Part shown: piece by piece, positions 1-8,568 of the stretch | How the letters are laid out: every line of letters starts with the position of its first letter | How positions within the stretch are numbered: position 1 is the first letter of the stretch | Origin: Promethearchaeum syntrophicum | GTDB taxonomy: Archaea; Asgardarchaeota; Lokiarchaeia; Sigyniarchaeales; Promethearchaeaceae | DNA: 32,000 nt | Assembly (NCBI RefSeq): GCF_008000775.2 | Contig: NZ_CP042905.2 | Location: 2,460,001 to 2,492,000, forward strand | Reading direction: 5' to 3' | Position numbers and translations under genes: made by a program | The notes under the pieces: model-generated | What the model was told of the DNA's origin: nothing | Databases searched by the model: none | The model's input: the letters and a program-made list of their open reading frames with translations, nothing else

Positions 1-1
1 T

Positions 2-127
2 TTTAACTCTACCTCATCAGATGCCCCTCTAGAATTACAATTGGATGAATTAAAGTCAGAAATGTTAGATTCGCTTAAAAAGAATAAAAATGCAATCTCA
101 TTAGATCATAAAAAAATGATTGATTAA
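2..127 (+). CDS. 3' end of a CDS cut by the left window edge (FNSTSSDAPLELQLDELKSEMLDSLKKNKNAISLDHKKMID*)
   Basis: Manual reading of frame 2: no stop from base 2 to TAA at 125-127. The Asp/Glu/Lys/Leu-rich composition looks coding. It ends 4 bp before the convergent ORF 132..872. Confidence 0.5.
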   Translation, partial: FNSTSSDAPLELQLDELKSEMLDSLKKNKNAISLDHKKMID

Positions 128-131
128 AGAT

Positions 132-872
132 TTAGATATTAAGATCTGGGTTTGAATTACTATCTTTTAACCGATCAGGTTGCTTTTTAAGAGTATTATA
201 TACGATAGGACCAATTAAAACAATAATAGAAAAGACACTATAAAATAATAGAAATGGATCCCCTAAATTAACTACATCTGAATCCCATGGTTCTATTGAT
301 GTTTCGTAATCAATAGTATAGTTTTCTCCCGTAATTGTAATATTTACTCCATAAATCAGATCCCATCTCGGTTTACCTATGAGAAAATAATAATCCCCAT
401 CTGGTAAGGTATAATTCTCATTTTCTTCAATATTTCTCTCATATATTTTAATTGTTGTATTATAATCATGAATTCCAGGTTTAATCTTATCGACACCTCC
501 TGTCGAAGTGCCTTCTCCTGCGAAATTGTATATTGAAACATTTTCCAAATTTACGTTAATAGATGAAAAGTAAGAGGGCAGATATAGATCAAGATTAGCT
601 CCATTAGGTTTTCCAGAATATGTAGTAAATGGGCCTGTATTGTATACTTGATAATCAACGACAAAGAAACATTCCGTATTATTTGATTCCAATCCAGTAA
701 CTTGAAAATCTGTAATTCTGGAAGACATATTTGATGGAAATTCTAGTATGAATGTATTGCCATATTCAATTTGAATTCGGAAAGTTAAAAAAACCAGAAA
801 CAAAGCAACAAACCTTAAGACAAAATTTCTTATATCCTTTTTCGATAATCTTATTTTTTTCATAAAAAACAC
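132..872 (-). CDS. Membrane-anchored extracytoplasmic protein, unknown function (N-terminal hydrophobic segment, many N-x-S/T sequons, C-terminal TM)
   Basis: ORF of 246 aa. Segments FVLRFVALFLVFLTF and LLFYSVFSIIVLIGPIVY are hydrophobic. The track start is GTG; an ATG at 861-863 (MKKIRLSK) is a plausible true start. Confidence 0.7.
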   Translation of the reverse strand: MFFMKKIRLSKKDIRNFVLRFVALFLVFLTFRIQIEYGNTFILEFPSNMSSRITDFQVTGLESNNTECFFVVDYQVYNTGPFTTYSGKPNGANLDLYLPSYFSSINVNLENVSIYNFAGEGTSTGGVDKIKPGIHDYNTTIKIYERNIEENENYTLPDGDYYFLIGKPRWDLIYGVNITITGENYTIDYETSIEPWDSDVVNLGDPFLLFYSVFSIIVLIGPIVYNTLKKQPDRLKDSNSNPDLNI

Positions 873-874
873 TT

Positions 875-1690
875 TTATTTTGCTTTATTTTCCTTTCTTT
901 TTTCTCTTAAATATGACAAAATATTTGCAAAAACCAACATTAAAACTAAAACACCGAAAATTACAAAGAAAATAGTGTTAAATTGCTTAGAAACCGATTC
1001 AAATTGATCTTGGGGTAATGTTTCAAGGAATGACGGTTTATTCCCGTCAAGCATACTATAACCTAAATAGGCATAAAAAATTGCTCTGGGAACCGAACCT
1101 ATCAATGTAGCTATATAATAATGTTTTGGTTTAATATTAGATATACCTGCTGCATAGCTAACAGGATCAAACATTATCACAGGCACAGCCCTACCAATAA
1201 CAATTGCCCAAAAACCCCAATTTTCAATCCATTCATCCATAATTGATATCATTCTATCTGCAAGACCGATTTTCTCACCAGTAGCTTCGAGTATAGAACG
1301 TCCTCCTCTATTTGAGACATAATATGTTATTGCAGCACTTAGCATTGATCCGATTATTCCAAGAATTACTCCCCACCAGAATCCAAATATCATTGCTCCT
1401 GAGAGTAATACCAGCTCGGAAGGAATTGGGGCAATTAAACTCTGAAGTACCATAAGGAAAAGAAAAATAAAAGCAGCCCAAAAACCAAGATCGAGTAATG
1501 GTAAAATAAAATATTTTCTAATATTTGTAAAAAGAAATGTGTTATCGATAATTGTTAGGATGAATACAATGATTGAGATAATAACGATTATTGTAAATGC
1601 AATAGCCATGAAGATTTTTTTTTTCGACCAATGAAAAAATTTTTTTCTAGAGACTTCTAGATCTTGGGAATTTTCAGATTTTAGTGTCAT
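875..1690 (-). CDS. VTT-domain (TVP38/TMEM64/DedA-like) integral membrane protein
   Basis: 271 aa, multiple TM segments, SNARE-associated/VTT-like signature (PIPSELVLLSGAMIFGFWWGVILGIIGSMLSAAITYY ... GRAVPVIMFDPVSYAAGI). 2-bp gap to the downstream ORF suggests co-transcription. Confidence 0.85.
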   Translation of the reverse strand: MTLKSENSQDLEVSRKKFFHWSKKKIFMAIAFTIIVIISIIVFILTIIDNTFLFTNIRKYFILPLLDLGFWAAFIFLFLMVLQSLIAPIPSELVLLSGAMIFGFWWGVILGIIGSMLSAAITYYVSNRGGRSILEATGEKIGLADRMISIMDEWIENWGFWAIVIGRAVPVIMFDPVSYAAGISNIKPKHYYIATLIGSVPRAIFYAYLGYSMLDGNKPSFLETLPQDQFESVSKQFNTIFFVIFGVLVLMLVFANILSYLREKRKENKAK

Positions 1691-2006
1691 TATTAATTTT
1701 CTAATTTAACCACATGATTTGAATTTATCTATATAATAGGGCATAATCTGTAAGAGTAAAAATTTGAGGTTAAACTTGCTTTTCTGTCAAAAATATCGTA
1801 GAACTAGTAGAGAAATTATTATATGAAATATTATTATATTATTAGTAATCTTTCTTCAAGGGGATAAAAAAATTAGAATTAGTAAGGATAGATCGGCAAA
1901 CGAGGTTTCGCAATCTGAAATTAGAACAATTTCGTATGATTCTCGTAAAAAATTTATAGCCGTTGGGGCATTTGAAGAACCTGTATTAATTTATCGTTAT
2001 CCCTAT

Positions 2007-2837
2007 ATGAAATTATTTAAAAAGATCTCTCATCGTGAGAAGGTACCCTTAGTTGAAGGAGATGAATTATCCCTTGATGAGAATTCTATTGTTGAAATAA
2101 AAGGTGCTAAATTCCGAAAAGGAAAAATATTATCAGCTGTTGAAGTTCTATTTTCACATACAAGTCCACATTTAATAATTGCTTATACAAATGGTGATAT
2201 ATTAGTCTATAACATTCAAACTTGGAAAAAACAAATAGAGTTAGTCCTTTCCGAATCCATAACATCAGTTCAATTAGTAGAAAAGGGTAAATTCTTATTT
2301 TTAATTTCAAATTGGGAAATTACCGTAATAAATACGATGACTTGGAAAATAACCAAAACAAAAAAATTAGAGGACATTTTAATTAAAAAAGCAATTTTTA
2401 CTGAGGATTTCAATACAATATATATAATTTCTGATAAAAAACGTGTTCGATCATTTAATTATAAAACTCTTAACGAAGAGAACGTTTTTAAAGGACATAA
2501 GTCAGGAATCAATATGATTCGGCTTTCACCTGACGAAAAAACATTAGCAACCTGTGGAAATGATGGAAAAATTTCCTTATTTGATGCAAAGAGTGGTGAA
2601 TTTTTGTCATTTATGATTGGGCACGCTGATGAAGTTCATTCTTTAGATTTTTCTTCAAATGGTAAATTCTTGGTATCGAGTTCTGAAGATGAAACGTTAA
2701 GATTATGGGATATATCAACGTTTAAATGTGTAAAAATAATTCAAAATATTCCAAACGCATTTACTATGAAGATTTACAGTAATCTTCTTGTAATGGGTAC
2801 GGTAACAGGAGATATTTATACCTTTAAAATGTATTAA
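2007..2837 (+). CDS. WD40-repeat protein (true 5' end uncertain, see findings)
   Basis: 276 aa with WD40-type blades: GHKSGINMIRLSPDEKTLATCGNDGKISLFD, GHADEVHSLDFSSNGKFLVSSSEDETLRLWD. Confidence 0.88.
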   Translation: MKLFKKISHREKVPLVEGDELSLDENSIVEIKGAKFRKGKILSAVEVLFSHTSPHLIIAYTNGDILVYNIQTWKKQIELVLSESITSVQLVEKGKFLFLISNWEITVINTMTWKITKTKKLEDILIKKAIFTEDFNTIYIISDKKRVRSFNYKTLNEENVFKGHKSGINMIRLSPDEKTLATCGNDGKISLFDAKSGEFLSFMIGHADEVHSLDFSSNGKFLVSSSEDETLRLWDISTFKCVKIIQNIPNAFTMKIYSNLLVMGTVTGDIYTFKMY

Positions 2838-2840
2838 AGT

Positions 2841-2856
2841 AAACCGAAATATATTT
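2841..2856 (+). promoter_or_regulatory. Putative archaeal BRE/TATA element (aaaccgaaatatattt) for the speH/speD gene
   Basis: Purine-rich ccgaaa followed by atatattt, centred about 28 bp upstream of the ATG at 2881, which fits a near-leaderless mRNA. Confidence 0.35.
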
Positions 2857-2880
2857 GTTGTATGTTAGATTATTCCTCTT

Positions 2881-3234
2881 ATGAAAGCGCTAGGATTTCA
2901 TTACTTAATCGAGCTTAACAATTGTGATCCCAATTATTTAAAAGATGCACAATTTCTTGAAAAACTTTTGCAAAAAGCAGTTAAGGAAAGTGGTGCAACT
3001 GAAATTGGTAGAGTTTTTCATGAATTTTCACCACATGGAGTAAGCGGTGTAGTTTTAATTTCGGAATCACATTTTTCAATTCACACATGGCCTGAATACG
3101 GATATGCTGCCGTAGATTTTTTCACATGCAGTAAATCAGTTGATGTTCAAAAAGCAATTAGCATTTTAAAAAAAAATCTTGATGCCAAATCTTCATCCTT
3201 TGTTGAAATTAAAAGAGGTTTTCCAGAGACCTAA
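2881..3234 (+). CDS. speH: S-adenosylmethionine decarboxylase proenzyme (pyruvoyl-dependent)
   Basis: 117 aa; ISESHFSIHTWPEYGYAAVDFFTC contains the conserved self-cleavage ES-H motif and HTWPE motif of prokaryotic AdoMetDC. Confidence 0.93.
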   Translation: MKALGFHYLIELNNCDPNYLKDAQFLEKLLQKAVKESGATEIGRVFHEFSPHGVSGVVLISESHFSIHTWPEYGYAAVDFFTCSKSVDVQKAISILKKNLDAKSSSFVEIKRGFPET

Positions 3235-3240
3235 CTGTTA

Positions 3241-3978
3241 CTATGGTGACCCCACTACGCTTAAATAGAGAGTACTTTCTTCTTCTCCATCAATATTTAG
3301 CAAATCATTGATTTCATTATCGTAAAAAGCCGCGATTTGACAAGTTCCCAAACCCAATTCAATAGCAGCTAAAGATAAATGTGCCGCAATATGCCCCGCA
3401 TCTAAGTAAATATAGCGATAAGTGCGTTGTTGATATTTCCATTTTGATCTTTGAAAAATTGCAGTCCATATAAATACCATTGGTGCCATTGCAACCATTC
3501 TTTGATCAAGCGCACCTTGAGCAAAAGGAATAGAAAATTTTCCTTCTTTAATTTGGTCCAATGAATGATTTTGAATATCATAATGATAAATTCCATGATC
3601 TAATTCTTGACAATTATTAATTAAAATATAAGTTTCAATAGGGTATAATGCACCTGCGCTGGGAGCTGTTCTGAAAGCGAAATTGCCTATATTTCTTTGA
3701 ATTCCCGTAGATGCCCATAGCAGATAAGAAATTTGCTCTATTTTTACTGGTAATTCTTGAAAAACTCGAACACTTCGTCGTTGTTTAAAGATTTCAGTAA
3801 TATTTACATTTATGCTATGTTTACCATGAAAAGGACTTGGTAATGCGGTTTTTGGGCAATTTGGATATTTTTTATAGATTTTGGGTTTATTCTCCCAATC
3901 TAATCCCCTTCCTTTTAAGTGTCCTCTTATATATTTTGATTTTTCTTGGAAATCATTTCCATAATTACCATTATTCAT
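3241..3978 (-). CDS. SagB/ThcOx-type nitroreductase family protein
   Basis: 245 aa; FKQRRSVRVFQELPVKIEQISYLLWASTG...FRTAPSAGALYPIETYIL...YLDAGHIAAHLSLAAIELGLGTCQIAAFYDNEINDLLNIDG is typical of SagB-type dehydrogenase domains. Confidence 0.85.
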   Translation of the reverse strand: MNNGNYGNDFQEKSKYIRGHLKGRGLDWENKPKIYKKYPNCPKTALPSPFHGKHSINVNITEIFKQRRSVRVFQELPVKIEQISYLLWASTGIQRNIGNFAFRTAPSAGALYPIETYILINNCQELDHGIYHYDIQNHSLDQIKEGKFSIPFAQGALDQRMVAMAPMVFIWTAIFQRSKWKYQQRTYRYIYLDAGHIAAHLSLAAIELGLGTCQIAAFYDNEINDLLNIDGEEESTLYLSVVGSP

Positions 3979-4053
3979 TATTAATTAAAACGTAATTTCA
4001 ATGATATAAACATTTTTTACGTAGATTTAAAAATCTTAAATTTGTAACTAAAA

Positions 4054-4995
4054 GTGTATATGCCAATAGACAATCGTAAGAAATCTTATTATGAATTTGG
4101 AAAATCTATGAAGTATTATTCGATATCGAAGTGGATTTATGAAGTTATTAATATCATTTTAAATTTTTTTATCATAATCGGACTTGTTTTTGTTCTGATT
4201 GCTTATATTGATCCTTATAACTTTAATTATTCTACCTTTGAGATTATAATTATTATTTACACAATAGCAGTGGTAATAATTATTATACTGTTTTTGATAA
4301 CTGCCTCTATAAGTTTTATATTTTTCATATATTATCTTGTCAGATTATACCATTCTTCTGAACACGATGAAAATGGGAGTCTTAAAAAAAGTTATATTTT
4401 GGAAATAGTAAGTATAGTGTTAAGTATTATATTACCAATAACGGTGGAGTTTTTGTCTTTAATTCTTGATCTTTTTATTCCAGGCTATAATTATTCCTTT
4501 ATTATTCCCGATGTTTATGGTATAATCTACGATATGTCTTTAAATTCGCTAATAATATCCATAAGTATATTCATACTCCGAATAATTTTGGGTTATATTC
4601 CACGAATCCTTAAAGCAATTGCTCAAAAAAATCTTCGCAAATGGACTGATGATCTTTTTGAATTTCCACAATCACCAAAGGAACGTGAAAGGCTTGAACA
4701 TTCAATAATCAAAGGAACTCAGTCAATGAAAATCGGGCAAATGTTAGGGATTTTTAGGATCGTTAGAGTTTTCGGAAAAATAATGTATAATATAGGCTTA
4801 GGAACAGCAGGAAAAGGTTTAATGAAAAGTTTCGAAGAAGATATTTACACGAAATATGTTAATTCCAACTACCCAACAATCCCCCAACAAAATAATACTG
4901 CAGTAGAAGATGATATACCTCGGTTTTGTGCGTATTGTGGATATGTTTTAATTCCTAATTCAAAATTTTGCGGAAAATGCGGTAAATCGTTTTAA
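4054..4995 (+). CDS. Multi-pass membrane protein with C-terminal zinc-ribbon
   Basis: 313 aa, several TM helices; C-terminus RFCAYCGYVLIPNSKFCGKCGKSF is a CxxC...CxxC zinc ribbon. The track start is GTG; ATG at 4060 is also possible. Confidence 0.75.
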   Translation: MYMPIDNRKKSYYEFGKSMKYYSISKWIYEVINIILNFFIIIGLVFVLIAYIDPYNFNYSTFEIIIIIYTIAVVIIIILFLITASISFIFFIYYLVRLYHSSEHDENGSLKKSYILEIVSIVLSIILPITVEFLSLILDLFIPGYNYSFIIPDVYGIIYDMSLNSLIISISIFILRIILGYIPRILKAIAQKNLRKWTDDLFEFPQSPKERERLEHSIIKGTQSMKIGQMLGIFRIVRVFGKIMYNIGLGTAGKGLMKSFEEDIYTKYVNSNYPTIPQQNNTAVEDDIPRFCAYCGYVLIPNSKFCGKCGKSF

Positions 4996-5008
4996 TTGAT
5001 AGTAAATC

Positions 5009-5030
5009 CCTTTTTCCTCTATTTTTATTC
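5009..5030 (+). terminator. T-rich putative terminator after the zinc-ribbon gene
   Basis: ccctttttcctctatttttatt in the 51-bp gap between convergent ORFs. Confidence 0.25.
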
Positions 5031-5046
5031 TAAAAAAAAAAATTTT

Positions 5047-7536
5047 TTAAATGAATAAACTCATATTCGCTTCTTCAGCAGCACCTAACATAGTGGCTAC
5101 TCCACCTAAAGATACTCCCTCGATAAGTTCTTCCTCTTTTATTCCCATAAGATCCATAGTCATTTGACAAGCAACTAATTTAACTCCATTTTTCAGAGCG
5201 GATTGAATTAAGTCGTGCAATGAAGAAATATTATGTTTCTTCATAATGCCTTTGATCATTTTTGTTCCCATACCAAGCATTTTCATTTGTGATATTTCTA
5301 GTTTTTCTGTACCTCGAGGCATCATTTTACCAAACATTCGTTCAATGAAATTTTTTTTTACTTTGACTTTTTTAGGTTTACGGAGAATATTCAATCCCCA
5401 GAATGTAAAGAATATACTAACTTCGCTCCCCATCGCTACTGATCCGTTCGCAATTATAAAAGCTGCAATCGCTTTATCTAGATCACCGCTAAATACGATG
5501 AGATTTTTCCCAGTTGGAAGAGATCCAATATTTGCCATAGGAGTTTTTTCAGGTATATCTTTCTTTATTAAAGCCACAATCTCCCTGTTTTCTTTAACAA
5601 TGTTCATGATAGTATTATTTGTAGATTTTGCCCATACCTTCACATCGGAAAAAAATCCAGGATCTGTTGCGGTGATTTTTAAAATTTCTCCAGCGTTTAA
5701 CGAATCCATGCCTTCAGCAACTTTCATGATGGGTCCAGGACAAGCTAACCCACATGCATCCACTTCGATAGCAGCTTGAATATCATCATCAATATATTCT
5801 TTTGTTGGAACTGCATGAATAACATCATCGGTTTTAATCCCTAAATCTGCAAAAACACCTTCATTAGATTGTTTTTCTGTCACAATTTTATAAGCTTTAT
5901 ATCCTCCACTTAAATTTTTAACTTTGAATCCATGTTGCATCAAAATTCGTGCCGCATAATACCCCCTTTGACCTGCTTGACAGTATACAATCAATTCTTT
6001 ACCAACAGGGATTTCATTAATTCGGTCTCGTAGATTATCTAAGGGGATATGCAGAGAATTTGGTAATTTTCCAAGTTTCATTTCTAATTCTGTACGAATA
6101 TCAAGCAAGATTGTTTTTTTAGGATCAATTTTTGCTATATCATCCCAAAAAACAACTTCCATATCTCCTTTAAGAATATTTGAAGCGACAAATCCAGCGA
6201 TATTTACGGGATCTTTAGCAGAAGAATAAGGGGGAGCATATGCTAGTTCAAGCTGTTCTAAATCATAAACTGTCATATTAGCTCGAATTGCAGTTGCTAA
6301 AACATCAATACGCTTATCTACTCCATCATAACCAACAATCTGAGCCCCCAATATTTTACCGTTATCTGGAGCAAAGATAATTTTCATGGACATTGGAATA
6401 GCTCCCGGATAATATCCTGCATGAGAAGAATTTTGAGTATAGGATTTCAAATAGGAAATTCCATAGCGATTAAGGGTTTTTTCATTATTTCCTGTTGTAG
6501 CAATAGTGAGATCAAAGATTTTGGCAATGGAAGTTCCTTGAGTTCCATGAAATTCTTCTATATTTCCATTGATATTGTTTGCAACAATCCGACCTTGTTT
6601 ATTTGCTGGTCCAGCTAATGGAATTAGAGTAGAATTTTTATTAATGAAATCCTCTACCTCAATGGCATCACCAATTGCATAAATATTTGGATCATTAGTT
6701 TCCAGTCTTTTATTAACTTTAATACCTCCTCGTTCTCCGAGTGTAAGGTTTGCCTCTTTGGCTAATTTATTTTCTGGTTTTACACCAATTCCGAAAATAA
6801 CCATATTTGTGCGGATTTTAGTTCCACTGTTTAAAGTCACAATTATAATATCTTTATCTTCTTCCTCAAAGGATTTAACACCGTCATTTAAATAGAGTTC
6901 AATATCTTGCGATTTCAAATGTTGATGAACATAAGCTGCCATTTCATAATCTAATGGCCTCATTACTTGATTGGCAAGTTCATTTACTGTGACTTTTATT
7001 CCACGTTGCACTAAATTTTCTGCCATTTCAAGACCAATAAATCCCCCTCCAACAACTAAGGCATGACTAGGGTGATTTTCGTCAATATAATTTTTGATAG
7101 CTTCTGTATCAGGAATATTGCGTAAAGTAAAGATTTTCGATAAGTTAATTCCAGGAATCGGAGGTCTAACAGGAGTCGCTCCTGGAGAAAGTACCAATTT
7201 ATCATAAGATTCAGTATAAATGTTATTATTTGACAAATCATGAATTTCAATTGTTTTTGCTTCACGATTAATTTTTAAGGCTTCAGATTTAGTGCGAATG
7301 TCGATATTGAAGCTTGCATGCATTTTTTCAGGTGTTTCAACTAACAACTTTGATTCGTCTTTAATAATTTCTCCGATATAATAGGGTAGACCACAATTTG
7401 CAAAAGAAATATGTTCACCGCGCTCAATCATAATTATTTCTGCTTTTTCATCTATTCTACGCAATCTCACAGCACAAGAAGCACCTCCAGCGACACCTCC
7501 TATAATAATAGTTTTATTTGAAGACATAATTTTCAA
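5047..7536 (-). CDS. FAD-dependent CoA-disulfide reductase-like protein fused to rhodanese, TusA-like and DsrE-like domains
   Basis: 829 aa. GGVAGGASCAVRLRR FAD-binding site and FANCGLPYYIG redox Cys; rhodanese loop VYCQAGQRGYYAARIL; TusA motif ACGLACPGPIMKVAEGM; C-terminal DsrE-like region with VKLVACQMTMDLMGI. The track start is TTG; ATG at 7525-7527 (MSSNKTIIIGG) is the more likely start. Confidence 0.9.
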   Translation of the reverse strand: MKIMSSNKTIIIGGVAGGASCAVRLRRIDEKAEIIMIERGEHISFANCGLPYYIGEIIKDESKLLVETPEKMHASFNIDIRTKSEALKINREAKTIEIHDLSNNNIYTESYDKLVLSPGATPVRPPIPGINLSKIFTLRNIPDTEAIKNYIDENHPSHALVVGGGFIGLEMAENLVQRGIKVTVNELANQVMRPLDYEMAAYVHQHLKSQDIELYLNDGVKSFEEEDKDIIIVTLNSGTKIRTNMVIFGIGVKPENKLAKEANLTLGERGGIKVNKRLETNDPNIYAIGDAIEVEDFINKNSTLIPLAGPANKQGRIVANNINGNIEEFHGTQGTSIAKIFDLTIATTGNNEKTLNRYGISYLKSYTQNSSHAGYYPGAIPMSMKIIFAPDNGKILGAQIVGYDGVDKRIDVLATAIRANMTVYDLEQLELAYAPPYSSAKDPVNIAGFVASNILKGDMEVVFWDDIAKIDPKKTILLDIRTELEMKLGKLPNSLHIPLDNLRDRINEIPVGKELIVYCQAGQRGYYAARILMQHGFKVKNLSGGYKAYKIVTEKQSNEGVFADLGIKTDDVIHAVPTKEYIDDDIQAAIEVDACGLACPGPIMKVAEGMDSLNAGEILKITATDPGFFSDVKVWAKSTNNTIMNIVKENREIVALIKKDIPEKTPMANIGSLPTGKNLIVFSGDLDKAIAAFIIANGSVAMGSEVSIFFTFWGLNILRKPKKVKVKKNFIERMFGKMMPRGTEKLEISQMKMLGMGTKMIKGIMKKHNISSLHDLIQSALKNGVKLVACQMTMDLMGIKEEELIEGVSLGGVATMLGAAEEANMSLFI

Positions 7537-7819
7537 TTATCAATAGGGATGTTTTTTGTTAAAGGTTTCGCATTATAATTTCACGACCTTTCATTATTAA
7601 AGAAACAAGGACGAAGATTTTCCCAAACAAATTTCGAACTATTGATTGAAAATCGAATGTCTATCATTAAAAAGGTCTAAAAAAATGAGATATTTGCTTG
7701 GAAATGATCACTCCCAATTTCCCTAGTTTATCCCATTATAATTGTTAATGATAAGATGTTAGTAGAAAAATAATCAAAAAAAAAATCAAGAAAAAATTAC
7801 CAAGAAAAATTCATATATA

Positions 7820-8008
7820 TTATTCTTCAACGACAATAGCTTCTTCAGGACAGGCTGAAACACATGCTTGGCATCCAACGCAATCTTCTTGGCGAGCAAC
7901 TACTGTTTTTCCATCAACTACTTCATCAAACACTTCAGATGGACAGACATTGAAGCACTCTCCACAACCAGTACATTTATCAAAATCAACTTTAACAACA
8001 AACGACAT
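7820..8008 (-). CDS. 2[4Fe-4S] ferredoxin
   Basis: 62 aa; CTGCGECFNVCPSEVF...CVGCQACVSACPEEAI, two CxxCxxCxxxCP motifs. Confidence 0.93.
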   Translation of the reverse strand: MSFVVKVDFDKCTGCGECFNVCPSEVFDEVVDGKTVVARQEDCVGCQACVSACPEEAIVVEE

Positions 8009-8169
8009 TTTTTTTTACCTCAAATAATAGTGTTAGCCTTTCAATAGAATAAGAAACACTAAACCAATTAAAAATAATTTAAGATTGGTTTAAAACATAA
8101 TTATTTTTGGGGTTCTGGATCTTTTAGATTACGAAAAACGATTATAGCAAATTAAAATAAAGAAAAAAA

Positions 8170-8460
8170 TTATAGATCTACCTTATCAGGAGGGCAACCA
8201 TAATCATCTCTGACTTTACAATTTTCACGACTTGAATTTCCATCACAAGATGCACACTCTACATCACGAAGCATTATTTCGATATCATCTGGAGTACGTT
8301 TCGCAATGCCTTCATCTTCTCCAGCAAGCATATCATCATCCATTTCTTCGAGATCTTCTTCAACAAATTCTGGACCGTCTTCTTCTATATCTTCATCATC
8401 TTCAATTTTTTTTGCTTTTGGTTTTGATGTTTTTTTCTTAGAAGTTGTTTTCTTAGCCAT
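8170..8460 (-). CDS. Small Lys-rich/acidic protein with C-terminal four-Cys motif, unknown function
   Basis: 96 aa, ATG start; basic N-terminus, acidic centre, C-terminal CASCDGNSSRENCKVRDDYGC (CX2CX8CX7C). Flanked by iron-sulfur protein genes on the same strand. Confidence 0.7.
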   Translation of the reverse strand: MAKKTTSKKKTSKPKAKKIEDDEDIEEDGPEFVEEDLEEMDDDMLAGEDEGIAKRTPDDIEIMLRDVECASCDGNSSRENCKVRDDYGCPPDKVDL

Positions 8461-8568
8461 ATTCCAAAAAATATTTGTTTTTGTAAAAAGTTTTCTATTC
8501 GGTTACATTGCTCTATTTTAATCTGTATAATATTTTGGAATAGGAAAAGGATGGAAAAAAAAGAATTA

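Noticed and set aside
5246-5779. 177-aa plus-strand ORF
   Set aside because: Lies entirely antisense within the strongly supported 829-aa fusion gene; composition reflects the antisense of conserved TusA/DsrE codons.
7537-7819. 283-bp gap upstream of the CoADR fusion as a possible small RNA or riboswitch
   Set aside because: No recognisable conserved riboswitch core or stable helix by eye; probably promoter/leader sequence.
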